A stretch of 64,000 nucleotides of DNA from Isurus oxyrinchus (GCA_026770705.1 JANJGN010000151.1:1054001-1118000); one strand, 5' to 3'. Positions 1-13,039 are shown, counted from the first letter of the stretch. Notes: a model not told the origin generated them from the letters alone. Made by a program: numbers and translations.

Positions 1-269
1 GAAGCCAATTTAACCTCGGATCAAACTGTCACCCAAATATTTTGAGAAGTGGTTGTGAAAACAAACTGCAGAATCCTATCACACCGATAGGTCGAGCACA
101 GTTTCAGTGTTCTGATCAGTTGTTTATCCGCTTAATATTTCAAATCAGCTGGGAGAGCGAGGCCGCTAGCACTCAAGCCTCACTCAAAGCACGCCACTGG
201 GCACAAGGTTAATGAGACTAAGGCTGCCTGAAGCTCAGGGACACACAGAGACAGCAGACTGACGTCACC

Positions 270-2730
270 TAGAAACATAGAAACTAGGAGCAGGAGTAGG
301 CCATTTGGCACTTCGAGCCTCCTCCGCCATTCAATATGATCATGGCTGATCCTTTATCTCAAAGCCATATTCCTGCTTTCTCTCCAAACCTAATATCCAA
401 AAATGTATCAAATTCATTCTTTCTTGAATATACTCAGTGGCCCGGCCTCCACCATCTTTTTTGGTAGAGAATTCGACAGCTTGAACACCCTCTGGGTGAA
501 GAAATATTTCCTCATCTCGGTCCTAAATAGCCTGCCCTGCATCCGGAGACAATGGCCCCTGGTTCTAGACGCCTGATCCAGAGGAAACACCCTCTCTGCA
601 TACAGTCTGTCTAGCCATGTTAGAATTTTTATACGTTTCAATCAGATCCCCTCTCAATCTTGTAACCTCCATTGAATACAGACCACGTTGAACAAATCTC
701 TCCTCATACTACTCTCCTGCCTTCCCCAGTATCAGCTTAGTGAATCTTTGCTGCACCGCTTCGATGTGAAGTATATCCTTTCTTAAGTAGGGAGACCAAA
801 ACTGCACGCAATACTCCAGGTGTGATCTCACCAAGGCCTTGTATAACTGTCGTAAGACATCCCCACTTCTGAACTCAAATCCTCTTGCAATAAAGGCCAA
901 CATACCATTTGTCTTGCTAATTGCTTGCTGCACCTGCCTGCTTACTTTCATTAACTGGTGTACAAGAGCACCCAGATTCCTTTGTACATCCACATTTCCC
1001 GATATATCACCATTTTAGTAATACTCTGACTTTCTGTTTTTCACACCGAAGTGTATAACTTCACATTTATCCATGTTATACTGCATCTGCAATGTGTTTG
1101 CCCACACACACGCAACTTGTCTAAATCTCTCTGAAGCCTCCTTGCATCCCCTTCACAACTCAGAGCCCCTCCCAGATTTGTGCCGTCAGCAAACTTAGAA
1201 ATATTGCATTTGATTGCCTCATCCAAGTTATTTAGATATATCGTGAATAGCTGGGGCCCAAGAACTGATCCCTGCGGTACACCAGTAGTACTGCACACCA
1301 CTAGTCACCTCTTGCCACCCGGAAAAAGGCCCACTTATTCCCACTCTCTGTTTCTGGTCTGTCAACCAACTCTCAGTCCAGGCCAGTATATTATCCCGAA
1401 TCCCATGTACTTAAATTTTGCCGACTAGCATCTTATGTGGGACCTTATAAAAAGTTATCTTGAAATACAAATACACCACACCCACTGGTTCTCCCTTATC
1501 TGTTCTACAAGTTACGTCCTCAAAAACTCCAATAGGTTAGTTAAGCAACATTTCCCTTTCATAAATCCATGCTGACTTTGTCTAATTCGTTCGTGCTTTC
1601 CAAGCGTTCTGTTACCACATATTTTCTAATAGATTCTAGATTTTCTCCACTATTGATGTGCGGCTAATTAGCTTGTAATTCTCTGTCTTTTCCCTCTCTC
1701 CCTTTTTAAATAGTGGGGTTACATTTACCACCCTCCAATCTGTAAGAACTTCTCCAGAGTCCATAGAATTTTGGAAATTGCCCACCAATGCATCCAGCAT
1801 TCCCAGGGCCACTTCATTTAGTTCTCTGGGGTGCAGATTATCAGGCCCTGGAGATTTTTCAGCCTTTAACCCCGTTCATTTCTCGCGCACAACATTTTTA
1901 CTAATACTACTTTTCTTCAATTCCTCCGTCTCACTGGAACCTTGTTTCCCTAACATTTCTGGGAAATTATTTGTGTCCTCTTTTGTAAAAGCTTTTACAG
2001 TCAGTTGTTATGTTCCCTGCAAGCTTACTCTCATGCTCCATTTTTCCCTTCTTGGTCAACCTTTTTATCCACTTTTGCTGAATTCTAACCTGCTCCCAAT
2101 CCTCAAGCTTTCTGCTTTTTATGGTAAATTTACATGTCTCTTCTTTGGATCCTTCATTTGTCTTGTAAGCCATGGTTGAACTACTGTTATAATTTTGCGC
2201 CAGAGATGAATGAATAATTGTTGTAATTCATGCGTACGCTCCTTAAATATTAGCCTGTTAGGTTCCCCAATCCATCCTTGCCAACTCGAACCTCATACTC
2301 TCGCAGTTCCCTTTATTTAGATTCAGGACCCTAGTTTAGGATTCAGCTTCTTCATTCTCCATCATACTGATCAATTCCATCATTTTATGGCCGCTCATCC
2401 CCTAGGGACCCCACACAGCAAGATTGTTAATTAATCCTTTCTCATTGCACAATGCCCAGTCTAGGATAGCCTGCTCTCTAATTGGTTCCTGAACGTATTA
2501 ATCGAAAAACCAGCATGTACACACTCCAGGAAACGTTCCTCCACAATATTATTACAGTTTGGCTTGTCAAATCTATATACAGATTAAAGTCACCCATGGT
2601 TACAGCTTCACCCTTATTTCATTTGCCTCTAATTTCCTGATTAATGCATTCTCTTACAATCCCATTACTGTTTGGGGGCCTATAGACAACCCCCGCCAAC
2701 GTTTTCGGAGCCTTGGTGTTTCTTAATTCT
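270..2730 (-). mobile_element. CR1-type LINE, 5'-truncated and frameshifted (RT region plus 3' tail)
   Basis: ORF fragments GVPQGSVLGPQLFTIYLNNLD...ISKFADGT and LYKALVRSHLEYCVQFWSPYLRKD. Short-repeat 3' tail (tagaaacatagaaac) at 270-285. Confidence 0.9.
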
Positions 2731-2747
2731 ACACAGGGACTGCAGAC

Positions 2748-2845
2748 TGACGTCAAACGGACTGGTGACTGACGTCACAAGGATGCCACCGACTGACGTC
2801 ACAGAGGAAGCGGGCTTCGGTCACGCGGACTTCAGACTGACATCA
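2748..2845. promoter_or_regulatory. Cluster of CRE palindromes (TGACGTCA x3, TGACATCA x1); one more copy at 260-267 on the far side of the CR1
   Basis: TGACGTCA at 2748-2755, 2770-2777, 2794-2801; TGACATCA at 2838-2845. Function is not shown. Confidence 0.4.
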
Positions 2846-3899
2846 CATAGACTGCTGACTGAAGACACACAGGCAACAAATTGCACTGCTGGCATCAGGG
2901 GTCATGGGAGTGAGTAGGCTGGGGATTGTGACGGTAATGGGAAAGATAAGGACAATCGAGCAGAAAGAGTAGTTATGCAGATCGGTATGAAAAGGGATGC
3001 ATATACAGAGATAACAGAAATAAACATAATGTTTCTGATAAAATAAAACAACAAATTCTGGAAGAGAATCATTGGAGAAATTGAATGAAAGAAAGATCTG
3101 AGCAAGACTAATGGGGGCTCCTGTGGGTGCATCAGTTCAATGTTTCCATTGCCTCAATTGTGAAATGTTTGGTCAATGGTGTTGCTCAGCTGAGTAAGGC
3201 CTGCTCCATAGATCAGCATTATGCCTTTTCTAAAGTTTACTAAGTTCTCTGCTGACTATTTCCTCATTAGGAAGGTCGCTGCTACTGTGAAATAGGGGTA
3301 ACGGAATTGGCATTGTTCTGTGGAACACAAGTGGACAATGAGAGACTGAATGCGCTCAGCGTGACTGAGGTAAGGTGACGCAGACTGATATAGAACTAAA
3401 GGTACTAACACTGACTGAGGCTCAAGGACATAAAGACACAGAATTGCGACCGCTCAGTTTCAGCAGGAAAATTGGAACTGGTTGGATATCTGAGGGTTGT
3501 AATGGGAAGGAGGAAGATAGGGAGAAGCAAGCAGAACCGATGTGGAAAATTAGCCGGAAGAGAGGCATAATGAGACAGGTAAAAGGGAAACAAAAAGCAG
3601 GTTGAAATAAAATAAAGTTATGAAACTGGCACATGGAAGAGAATGAATGAAAGGAAATATGAACAATATTTCTGAGTAGGTAAGTGAGACATGCCCTGGT
3701 GTATTAGCTCATTGCCGCTCTGCATTTAAAGAGTTGAACTCTGTTTATATTACAAGAGGCCCTATCTCAGTTATTACTGCATTAGGACATGTCCATGTTT
3801 ATATTTCACTAGGTCCTGTAAATTTAACCGAAGTAGGAAAATATTAAATTAAGGCTGAAAGTGTAGGGTTTAGGAATGTGCGTAAATATGTCTTTGAAG

Positions 3900-4520
3900 T
3901 TACAATGTTAAGAAAGAACCTAAAAGAGTGTTCGTGATCCTTGTCTTTATTTTTTAAATAGAGGCTTCGCGTACAAAGGCAAGGGAGTGCTGCTCGCCAT
4001 CACAGAATACTCATTAGGCACCAAACGTTTTGTTAAATATTCGGCATTACATTTTAAAGAAGAGAGAAAGGCCTTTCAGATGGATCAGAAGAGATTCATT
4101 AGATTGATACCAAAGATGAAATAATTGACTTCTGCGGAGAGATCAAAGAAATGTTGATCCTCTTGCAGCTTTGGGGTTTAAGTGATAATATGACAGTAAT
4201 GCTCAAATACATGAAGTCATTTGGGACAAAAGGGTGCAAAACCGAACAGACACATTTAAAGCAATTTGCAACAGCACCAAAATCGGCACAAGAGAAAGCG
4301 ATGACCAGGAATGCTTTGTCTCAAAAGGCGGTGCAAGCCAACTCAATAGGATTGTTTTAAAGTCAATTGGATAAATCAATGATGTCCAAACATTTGCAAG
4401 ATTAAAAGAGAATTGCAGGAGAACTGGACCGATTTTTCAGCTCTTTCAACGATCTGGCACACATGATGAGCTGAAAGGCCTTTCATGTGTTGTATTATGT
4501 GCTGCACTATTTTCTAATTC
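3900..4520 (+). mobile_element. Heavily decayed CR1 LINE 3' fragment
   Basis: Degenerate similarity to the 3' RT/tail region of the other CR1 copies in the window. Confidence 0.5.
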
Positions 4521-4559
4521 TATGATGAGACGACCAACTGTTTAAATTACCTTTAGCCT

Positions 4560-5480
4560 CTTTGTATTTGTTACTGTACTCGCTATTTCTCAGTTAATAT
4601 GATGCTAGTCCCTGTCTCAGTCATTATGAAACAATACCATGACCACGCTGTTAAACTGCATTAAAAACCGTATCTGCTCAATTAAGCTGCACAAAATTCT
4701 GTTTATTTCACATGAGACTATGTATCTCCTTATATTACATAAGCTTCCGTCTCAGTTATGACTGCAATAAACCACAGCACTGAATATGCGGCACGGGACC
4801 ATGTCCAGTTTTTATTATATAATGCAACTTCTTCTGTTACATTAGACTCTGTCTTTATTTATATTAAACTCGACCATTTATTTGACTATGCTATTTTTGA
4901 CCATGTCTCTCTTTATATTAGACTAGACCACGTCACTGTTTATATTACACTATAACCTCTTTGTTTATATTACACTAGATCCCGCCTCTGTTTTTATTAA
5001 ATTATATTCCACCTCTTGCCTGTATTACACCAGGCTTTATCCCTGTTTATAATATGCAAGGCCATCTCTCTCGTAAATTGCACTAAACCCTGTCTTTGTT
5101 TATGTTGAACTGGACCACGTCTCTGTTAGTATTATACTAAACCCTATAACTGTTTATATTATAATAGGTCAAGTCTCAGTTTATATTCCAGCAAGCTTAG
5201 TTGTTATTGCACTTGTCTATATGTTTTTATATTAACCTACACCCTACCGCGGTTATTACTGCAGCAGGACTTGTCTCAGTTTGCAGGACATTCGTTCATG
5301 TTTCAGTTAACCTGACACTGGGACACGCTACGTCTCCTTTTTTTATATTTCACTTGATCTTGCATCCATGTTTATTATATGCGACATTGTTTAAATTCAT
5401 AATAAACTGGAGAATGTGCTGTTTATATCACATGAATGTCTTAGCCATTACAAGACGAGACACTGCCTCTGTTTAAATCA
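4560..5480. repeat. Degenerate 27-bp minisatellite (consensus approx. gaccctgtctcagtttatattacacta)
   Basis: Recurrent tgtctc(a/t)gtttatatta-cactagac motifs; same family as 48.0-49.8 kb and 62.2-64.0 kb. Confidence 0.75.
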
Positions 5481-5569
5481 TAACGTTGGAATTTCTGATT
5501 TTCATTTAATAACAGGCCCTGCTGCTGCTTGGCTGTATCAGTTTATATCACTTAAGGCAATTTGTCATG

Positions 5570-7960
5570 TGGACTAGGCTATGCCTCTCTTGGCCTATCG
5601 AGTCTGCTCCGCCAGTCAATAATATTATGGCTGATCTGATAATCATCAACTCCAATGTCCTGCTTTTTCCTCACAACTCTTGATTTCTTGACAGGTTAAA
5701 GATCTCTCCATCTCAGCTTTGAACATATTAAATGGCCCAGCCTCTACAGGCTTCTGTGGTAATTAATTCCATAGATTCGCTACCCTCTGAGAGAAAAAAA
5801 TTCCTCCTCATCTCTGTCTCAAATAGCGACTCCTTACTCCGAGATTGTGACCCCTGGTCCTCCACTCCCACAATGAGGAACAACGTCTCAGCACCTACCC
5901 TGTCAAAGCCCCCTCAGGATCTTACATGTTTCAATAAGGTCGCCTCTCGTTCTTCTAAACTCCAATGAGTACAGGCCCAATCTACTCAACCTCTCCTCAT
6001 AAGAAAATCCCTCCATCCCCGGGATCAACCTAGTGAACCTTCTTTGGACTGACTCGAAAGCCAATATATCTTTCGTCAGATAAGGGAACCAAAACTGTTC
6101 ACAATATTCCAGGTGTGGTCTAACTAGAGCCTTGTATAATTTAAGCAAGACTACCCTGTTTTTATACTCCATTCCTGTAAAATGAGGTCAAATATTCCAT
6201 TTGCCTTCCCTATTACCTGCTGAACTTGAATGTTAGCTTTTTGTGATTTGTGCACGAAGGCTACCAGAACCCTCTGTGCTGCAGCTTTCAGTGGTCTTTC
6301 GCCATTTAAATAATATTCAGCTCCTCTATTCTTCCTGTCAAAGTGCATAACCTGATATTTTCTCACATTATATTCCATCTGCCAAGACTTTGCCCACTCA
6401 CTTAACCTGTGGCTATCCATTTCTAGACTCTTTGTGTCACCTCACCAGCTGCCTTCCCACCTATTTCTGTGCCATCCACAAACTTGGCGATAGTACATTC
6501 ACTTCCTCATCCAAACCATTAATATATATTGTAAATAATCGTGGCCACAGCACTGATCCCTGTGGCACTCCACTAGTTACAGTTTGCCATCATCAAAATG
6601 CCCCTCTTATTCCAAATTTCTGTCTTCTATTAGTTAGTCAATCTCTATCCATGCTAACATACTACCCACAATCCCATGGGCTCTTAACTTATTATGTAAC
6701 CTTATGTGTGGTACCTTAGGAAAATCCAAATATACTACACCTGCTGGTTGTCCTTTATCTATCCTGCTTGCTACCTCCTCAAAGAATTCTAATAAATTTG
6801 TCAGGCATGATTTCCCTTTCATGAAGGCTTGCTAACTCTGCTTGATTATATTATGCACCTTTAAATCCTCTGATATTGCATCACTTATGATAGACTTTAA
6901 CATTTCCCCAATGGTGAATGTTAAGCTAACTGGCCTGTCGTTAAATATTTATTGTCTCCCTCCCTTTTTGAACAAGGGCGTTACATTGACAGTTTTCCAA
7001 TGCTCTGGGACTTCTCCGGGATCTAAGGATTCTTGGAAGACCAGTGTGTCCACTATCTCTGCAGCTATTTCGTTTAATATCCTAGGATGCAACTCATCAC
7101 ATTCAGGGGGCAACATCTTTTCGGCCCACTAGCTTCCTTAGCACTTTTCTCTGGTGATAATGATTGTATTTATTTCCTCCCCACTCCCCGCCATTTTGCC
7201 CTTGATAATTCCATACTTTTGGAATGATATTAGTTTCTTTTACTGTGAAGACTGATGCAAAGCATTTATTAAACTCTTCTGCCACTCCCTGGCTCCCCAT
7301 TATTATTTCCAGAACCTCATTCTCTAACAGGCCTAGTTTCACTTTGGCCTTTTCCTATTTCAAGTTCCTCTCCAGCCCTGAGGAGATGTCCTGAACACTG
7401 GCACCTCGCAGACAACACAGCCTTCGGGACTCACGCTCACGGATACAGGGAACAGTATCTATCCCCTTCATTTAACTGTTTCCTACCACTACGTTCAATT
7501 TTTTCCCACCATTTTAATGTCCCCCTCTACCACGGTGCCGTGGCCAGTTCCTGCATCTTCCCTGCAGCCCCTACTCTCTTCCACACAGATTGCAAGAGCC
7601 TCCTGACTCTTGAAAAATTGCAGGAGCCGAGGTTCCTCGAAGGCTACCCCCTGGGTCCACGCAGCTGCCTCCCCTGCAGTCACAAACTCCTGTCCTTGAT
7701 CACAGACCAGATTGGAATTACCTCATCTAATGAGGTGTGACCGACTCCCAGAGTAAAGTGTCCAGTTAGCTCTCCCCCTCCCTGATGTGGCACAATTTCT
7801 GCAGCTTGGATTCCAGCTCCTCAACTCGGATTCGAAATTCCTGGAACTCTCGAACATTTAATACAGATGTGCTCGCTTTGAATCAACTTGGTGTCCAGCA
7901 GCTCCCACATGCTGCAGCAGCAGCACGTTACCTGCCCTGCGATCAATATTGTATTTTATT
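5570..7960 (-). mobile_element. CR1-type LINE remnant (ORF1 esterase-like fragment plus internally deleted ORF2)
   Basis: ORFs KGKSCLTNLLEFFEEV, LYKALVRPHLEYCEQFW, WAKSWQMEYNV. Minus-strand 7370-7440 reads RESRRLCCLRGASVQDIS, resembling CR1 ORF1. Confidence 0.85.
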
Positions 7961-8069
7961 TAATTTATTAAACAATTACTCTGGTATCCCTGCTCTTTTC
8001 ACTTGAAGACTCCCCCTCTCTTTTCATTCTATTGGAGTTAATTTTGTGGGGTGGAGTGTTGCTGAGAAT

Positions 8070-8180
8070 GAAAAATGAAAGATAGAAAGAAAGGAAGGAA
8101 AAGGGAAGGAAGGAAGGAGGGGAGGAAGAGAGAAAGAAAGAAAGAGAGAGAGAGAGAAAGAAAGAAAGAAAGAAAGAAAA
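8070..8180. repeat. Purine-rich (GAAA/GA/GGAA) microsatellite
   Basis: Direct inspection. Confidence 0.9.
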
Positions 8181-8531
8181 ACAATTCATAAACAACAATG
8201 GGATAAAATAGTTTTTGTGGGGTTAATTGAATGATAAATATTGGGAAAACCCCTCTGGGTTCTCTCTATGATCGTACCCAGGGGATGATCTGTGTTCCAT
8301 CTCAGAGGACAGTCGTGGATTCAGTTCAGAGTTTGATCAGGGAAAACATCACCTTAGGCAGTGCAGCACTCCTTCAGTACAGGAAACACTGGGCGCTCAG
8401 CCTTGGACTTTCCAATTCGACTGTGAGAGATAAACTGGCACACACTGAACCACTCTAATGGAGAGGAAAGTATATGAGAAGGAGACAGAAGATTAACCTT
8501 AAAGGGAGGATACAAATATTTTATTGCTCTT

Positions 8532-9433
8532 TCACCAATTAAATGAAGCAGTGAAGGAGGCGAAAGAGCAAATCAGCATATTCTTCAGCTGCTCTCGGAA
8601 CTTGGTCTGGGTCACTGCATAGATGAAAACATTGGTGCAGGAGCTGAGAAGCTGGAGCATGTTGGTTGTCTCTTGAAGGATGAATTGCGGGTCATTGAAA
8701 TCCAGGCCAGTGAAATATGCCTTACCCGTAATCTGCACGTAGAGGAAATGTCCGACGTAGGTGACCCACAGGAGGAGAAAGCTGAGGGAGATGGCGAAGA
8801 GCAGGACAATGGACATTTTATGGTTGTCCATCTCTGGATCTCTGTCACTCTCGGCTCCCTGGAGCCTCCTGCGAGCTCTGCTGGCCGCTAAGATGTGCCT
8901 TACTGTCAGTGCATTGAACAGCAGAATGAGGAGGAACGGGAGGAAGGGGGTTAAGATGCGGTCAAGCCAGTCGTAGGCCTGCCAGATAGGCAATGTGTAA
9001 TAGGTGGACTTGATGTTGCAGAATCAGGGCACACCGTCCAGAATATACAAGGGCTGGTAGCTGAAGTAGAAAGAGACGTTCTTGACACAACTCAGGGCAC
9101 TGACCAGTCCTATAAACAGTGATGCAGTTTTCTCAGTGCAGTATCTGGCTTTCAGGCTCTGACAGCAGATGGCCACGAAACGGTCGATGGTGAAGGTGAC
9201 CGTCAGCCAGACTGAGCCATCTCGTGTGGCATAGATGAGCACGGTGCTAACAGCACATCCAGGGGTGGTGGAGAGGACACTCTCACGAAAGTAGATGCCA
9301 CTGATCCGGTTGAATGTGACAGCGGTGATGATGACCAGGAAATCTGTCACCACTATCACCACCAGGTAATAGGTGATGCATTGGGAGAGCACGCACCGGC
9401 CACGGGATAAGATTATGATCGCCACCATGTTGA
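8532..9433 (-). pseudogene. GPR139/GPR142-like class A orphan GPCR, main exon, with a single in-frame TGA
   Basis: Acceptor (ttttcctccctcacag) at 9434-9449, then VNMVAIIILSRG...SVWLTVTFTIDRFVAICC...DGVP*FCNIK...LLSSCTNVFIYAVTQTKFREQL. ORFs 9024-9752 and 8532-8993 are in the same frame, separated by TGA at 9024-9026. First exon not identified. Confidence 0.85.
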
Positions 9434-9495
9434 CTGTGAGGGAGGAAAAGAGAGATATGTTACCAAGTGAACTCCATACACCAGCTGCTGGTGTC

Positions 9496-9628
9496 TTATA
9501 TTTCAATTCTTTCTTGGACTCGAACTCAAGTTCTGTCGAAGGGTCATGAGGACGCGAAACGTCAACTCTTTTCTTCTCCGCCGATGCTGCCAGACCTGCT
9601 GAGTTTTTCCAGGTAATTCTGTTTTTGT
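9496..9628 (+). mobile_element. Penelope-like terminal-repeat fragment containing a hammerhead-like motif
   Basis: Near-identical to the terminal repeat of the elements at 27944-30435 and 38679-40373. Confidence 0.85.
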
Positions 9629-9664
9629 TATAGCTGAACAATTTTAGAGGGACTGCCCTGAACA

Positions 9665-10485
9665 ATTTTAGAGGGACTGCCCTTGATATCAAGGCAGCAT
9701 TTGCCCGAGTGTGGCAACAAGGAGCCCAAGCAAAACTGCGATCAGTGGGCATCAGGGGAAAAAGTCAACGAAGGTTGGAGTCATACTTAGCACAAAGGAA
9801 GGTGGTTATGGCTGTTGCAGGTCAGTCATCACAGCTCCAGGACAGTACTGCAGTGTTCCCTCAGGGTAGTGTCCTCAGCCCAACCATCTTCAGCTGCTTC
9901 ATAAATTAACTTCCTTCCATCATAAGGTAAGAAGTGGGGATATTGGCTGATGATTGCACAATGTTCAGCACCATTCGCGACTCATCAGATACTGGAGCAG
10001 TCCATGTCCAAATGCAGTAAGGCCTGGATAATATCCAGGCTTGGGCTGACAAGTGGCAAATAACAGGCAATGACAATCTCCAGCAAGAGAGAATCCAACC
10101 ATCGTCTGCTTGATGTTCAATAGCATTACTAGCACTGAATCCCCACTATCAACATCCTTGGGGGGCTACTATTGATCAAAAAATGAGCTGAGCTAGCCGT
10201 ACAAATACAGTGGCATCAAGAGCAGGTCAGAGGCTAGGACACGTGCGACGGGTAACTCACCTCCGGACACCCCAAAGCCTGTACACCATCTAAAAGGCAC
10301 AAGTCAGGAGTGTGATGGAACACTCTCCTCTTGCCTGGATGAGTGCAGCTCCCACAACACTCAAAAAGGATAGGTGGGATGCAGATTTCAGGTTAATATC
10401 AGATCATCCATGATCTTAATAAATGGCGCAACATGCCCGAGGAACTGAATGGCCTACTCCTGCTCCTTTTTGTATGCTCGTATCT
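9665..10485 (+). mobile_element. CR1/L2-clade LINE RT fragment followed by a CR1 3' tail
   Basis: PQGSVLSPTIFSCFIN followed by an ADD motif (gctgatgat), with multiple stops. Confidence 0.75.
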
Positions 10486-10849
10486 TCGAATGGTCCAGTG
10501 CAATCATAACTGAGATAAGGTCATCAGGTCAAGGGCAGTGATCACTGAAACTGTGTAAAGTGGCCATCTCACATTTTAAAGCTGCTCTGCCATTCAGTAA
10601 TATCGTGGCTGATTTCCAAACTCAACGACACATTCCCGCACTCTCCCCATAACCCCTGATTCTTTTAGTATCCAAAACCTATCGAATATTGTCTTGCATA
10701 CACACATGAACACCCACCGCTCTCTGAGTTACAGAATGCCACAGATTCACAACAATAGTTCTACTGCAGATCCTTTTGCCTTCTCCGTGCTGTGACCCCG
10801 AGTCAAGTGGCAAGTAAATGCAGAAAAGTATGACCTGATTCATCTTAGT

Positions 10850-11590
10850 ACTAAAAGTGAAAAGAAGCAATATGAAATTAAGGATTCAGTTGCAAAGGGG
10901 ATGCAGGAGTAGAGGAGCCTTTGCGTCCATGTGCATAACTAATTGAATAGTGCAGGGCAGATTGAGAAAACGGTTACTATACAGCATGCCGGGCTTTATA
11001 AATAGGGTATAAAGGATGCAGACAAGGGAATTATGATAAATCTGTGCAAAAGACTTGGCCTCAGCTGGAGTATTATATGCCGCTTTGGCCATCGCATTTT
11101 CGGGTGGAAGTGAAGGCATGAGAGCTGGTGCAGAAAAGGCTCATGGGAATGATTCCAATGAAAATTAATTTAAGTTACGTGGATGGTTGTTCTCTGTGGA
11201 GAGGGGAAGATTAAGTGGAGATTTGTTAGGGATGTGCAAAATGATGCGGGAAATGGACAACATATATAGGGAAGGATTGAGAATGAAAGGGCTCCGATAC
11301 AAGGCGATTGGAAAAAGATGCAACGGCGACATGATGGAAATCTTTTCCCATGGACTGAGTAATTCACATCTGAAATGCACATCCTGAGTGTATGGTGGCA
11401 GCAGGTCCAGTCGCGGATTTCAATAGGGTATCAAATAATAACCTGAAGAGCAAAGCATTGCAGAGCTAGAGAGAAAAGATGGATAGTGGGACCGGGAGAG
11501 TTGCATTTGAAATGGGCTAGCACGGACACTACGGGATGAATGGCCTCTATCTGAGATATAATCATGCGACGATTCAGTGATTTAATAATT
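10850..11590 (+). mobile_element. Decayed CR1 LINE 3' fragment
   Basis: LFSVERGRLSGDL...KMMR matches the CR1 RT C-terminal region. Confidence 0.6.
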
Positions 11591-12635
11591 CTATATATTT
11601 TCTACTTGAGCAACAAAAACATCCTTAAATAGGAAGGAGGTGAGAAAATGGAACAACTGAAGGAATGTCTTTAACAGAATAAATGGACAAGAAACACGAA
11701 ATTTACTCTTTGATGGCATGTGGGCGTCGCTAGCAAGGCCAGCGTTTGTTGCCTATCTCTAATTGCCCTTGCATTGAGTGCCTTGCTGGGCCATTTGCGA
11801 GGGAGGTTAAGTGTCAAGCATATTGCAGTGGCTCTGCCCAGCCATTGATTCAATGGTGAAATTGGCCAATCATGGTGCTGTGACTGATGGAAAGTGTTGG
11901 GGGGGTCGTCGATTCCAAGGGGAAAACTTCCATCATATTTGTGAAAAGTGCATTCAACAATGTTTGTGGGTCGTAACCTCCACATAAATGCAGTCGGTGA
12001 TTAAGATAGAACGGCCTTATTTTAAGAGGGATCCCTGTTGAGGTACGCATGTTCTCACCCACTGCACCGCCCGTGAACACAAAGGGACCTTTCTTAGCTG
12101 CAGTAATTGTGGGAGATGCTGACCTCCATGGAAGGATCATGGGTGGAGTGAATCCAAACCCAAACTACCCTCAGCTGGGAACTGCCCGGTCTCTTGCGTG
12201 TTCCCTGGAGCGGAGGGAATCTCTCAGTCGATTGTATCCCGAATGCTGGAAATCACAGGAGATGGTGAAGGTTTATCAAGTCAAACGAGGAAAAACGGAT
12301 TCAACAGCAAAAGGAAAAGAAACTAATTTGCCGTTATCTGAGGTAAAAGGCGGCAATAAATTCACCTCAGATTACAAATCGGTACATTATGAATTTTTAC
12401 AGGAAAAGGGAGATGAGAATGTGGAATAATTTCATAAACTATGTTTGAAGGCGAATTGGACAGGAGAAGATATCAAGAATTATAAGGAGCGAGAAGGAAA
12501 TGCAGATTTAATCAGCTTAATCACTTCATTCTGTAAAATTTTAAGAGCCACTGAAAATATATTCATGAACAATATGTGTACTCCAAATTTCCATGCACTG
12601 TGTATCGCCATGTCTCTGCAATCCCACGATGTGCA

Positions 12636-13039
12636 GGATTTTGTACAGCTCTCTCCATGCTCTGTTTCACTATGTGTCTGTAATCCCACCATGTTCAGGA
12701 TTTTGCACAGCTCTCTCCGTGTTCTGTATCACTGTGTGTCTGTAATCCCTCCATGTTCAGGTTTTTGTACAGCTCTCTCCATGCTCTGTATCACTGTGAA
12801 ATCCCACCATGTTAAATTTTTGTACAGCGCCCTCCCGTGCTCTGTAACACTGTATGTCTGTAATCCCACCATGTTCAGGTTTTTGTACAGCTCTCTCCGT
12901 GCTCTGTATCACTGTGTGCCTCTAATCCCACCATGTTAAATTGTTGTACAGCGCCCTCCGTGCTCTGTATCACCGTGTGTCTGTGATCTCACCATGTTCA
13001 GGTTTTTGTACGGCTCTTTCCGTGCTCTGTATCACTGTG
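12636..13039 (-). repeat. Tandem array of seven 23-RSS units (period about 55-63 bp), three with perfect consensus
   Basis: Minus-strand heptamer-spacer-nonamer units: 13039-13001 CACAGTG-23-ACAAAAACC; 12977-12939 CACGGTG-23-ACAACAATT; 12916-12878 perfect; 12854-12815 TACAGTG-24-ACAAAAATT; 12798-12760 perfect; 12736-12698 CACAGTG-23-GCAAAATCC; 12674-12636 CATAGTG-23-ACAAAATCC. Confidence 0.95.
13001..13039 (-). other. 23-bp-spacer recombination signal sequence of the supporting V
   Basis: CACAGTG (13039-13033), 23-bp spacer, ACAAAAACC (13009-13001), directly after YYCALSRRT. Confidence 0.97.

Noticed and set aside
9434-9752. N-terminal part of the 242-aa ORF as part of the GPCR
   Set aside because: It lies upstream of the splice acceptor and consists of Penelope-repeat and LINE sequence read through by chance.
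12059-12140. ATG...GTGAG segment as exon 1 of the GPCR
   Set aside because: The phase would fit, but the peptide has no recognisable TM1 start; unsupported.
12445-12939. 164-aa + strand ORF, and a CRISPR-like look of the repeat
   Set aside because: The ORF is the antisense reading of the RSS array. The units have no unique spacers, the context is vertebrate, and there are no cas genes.
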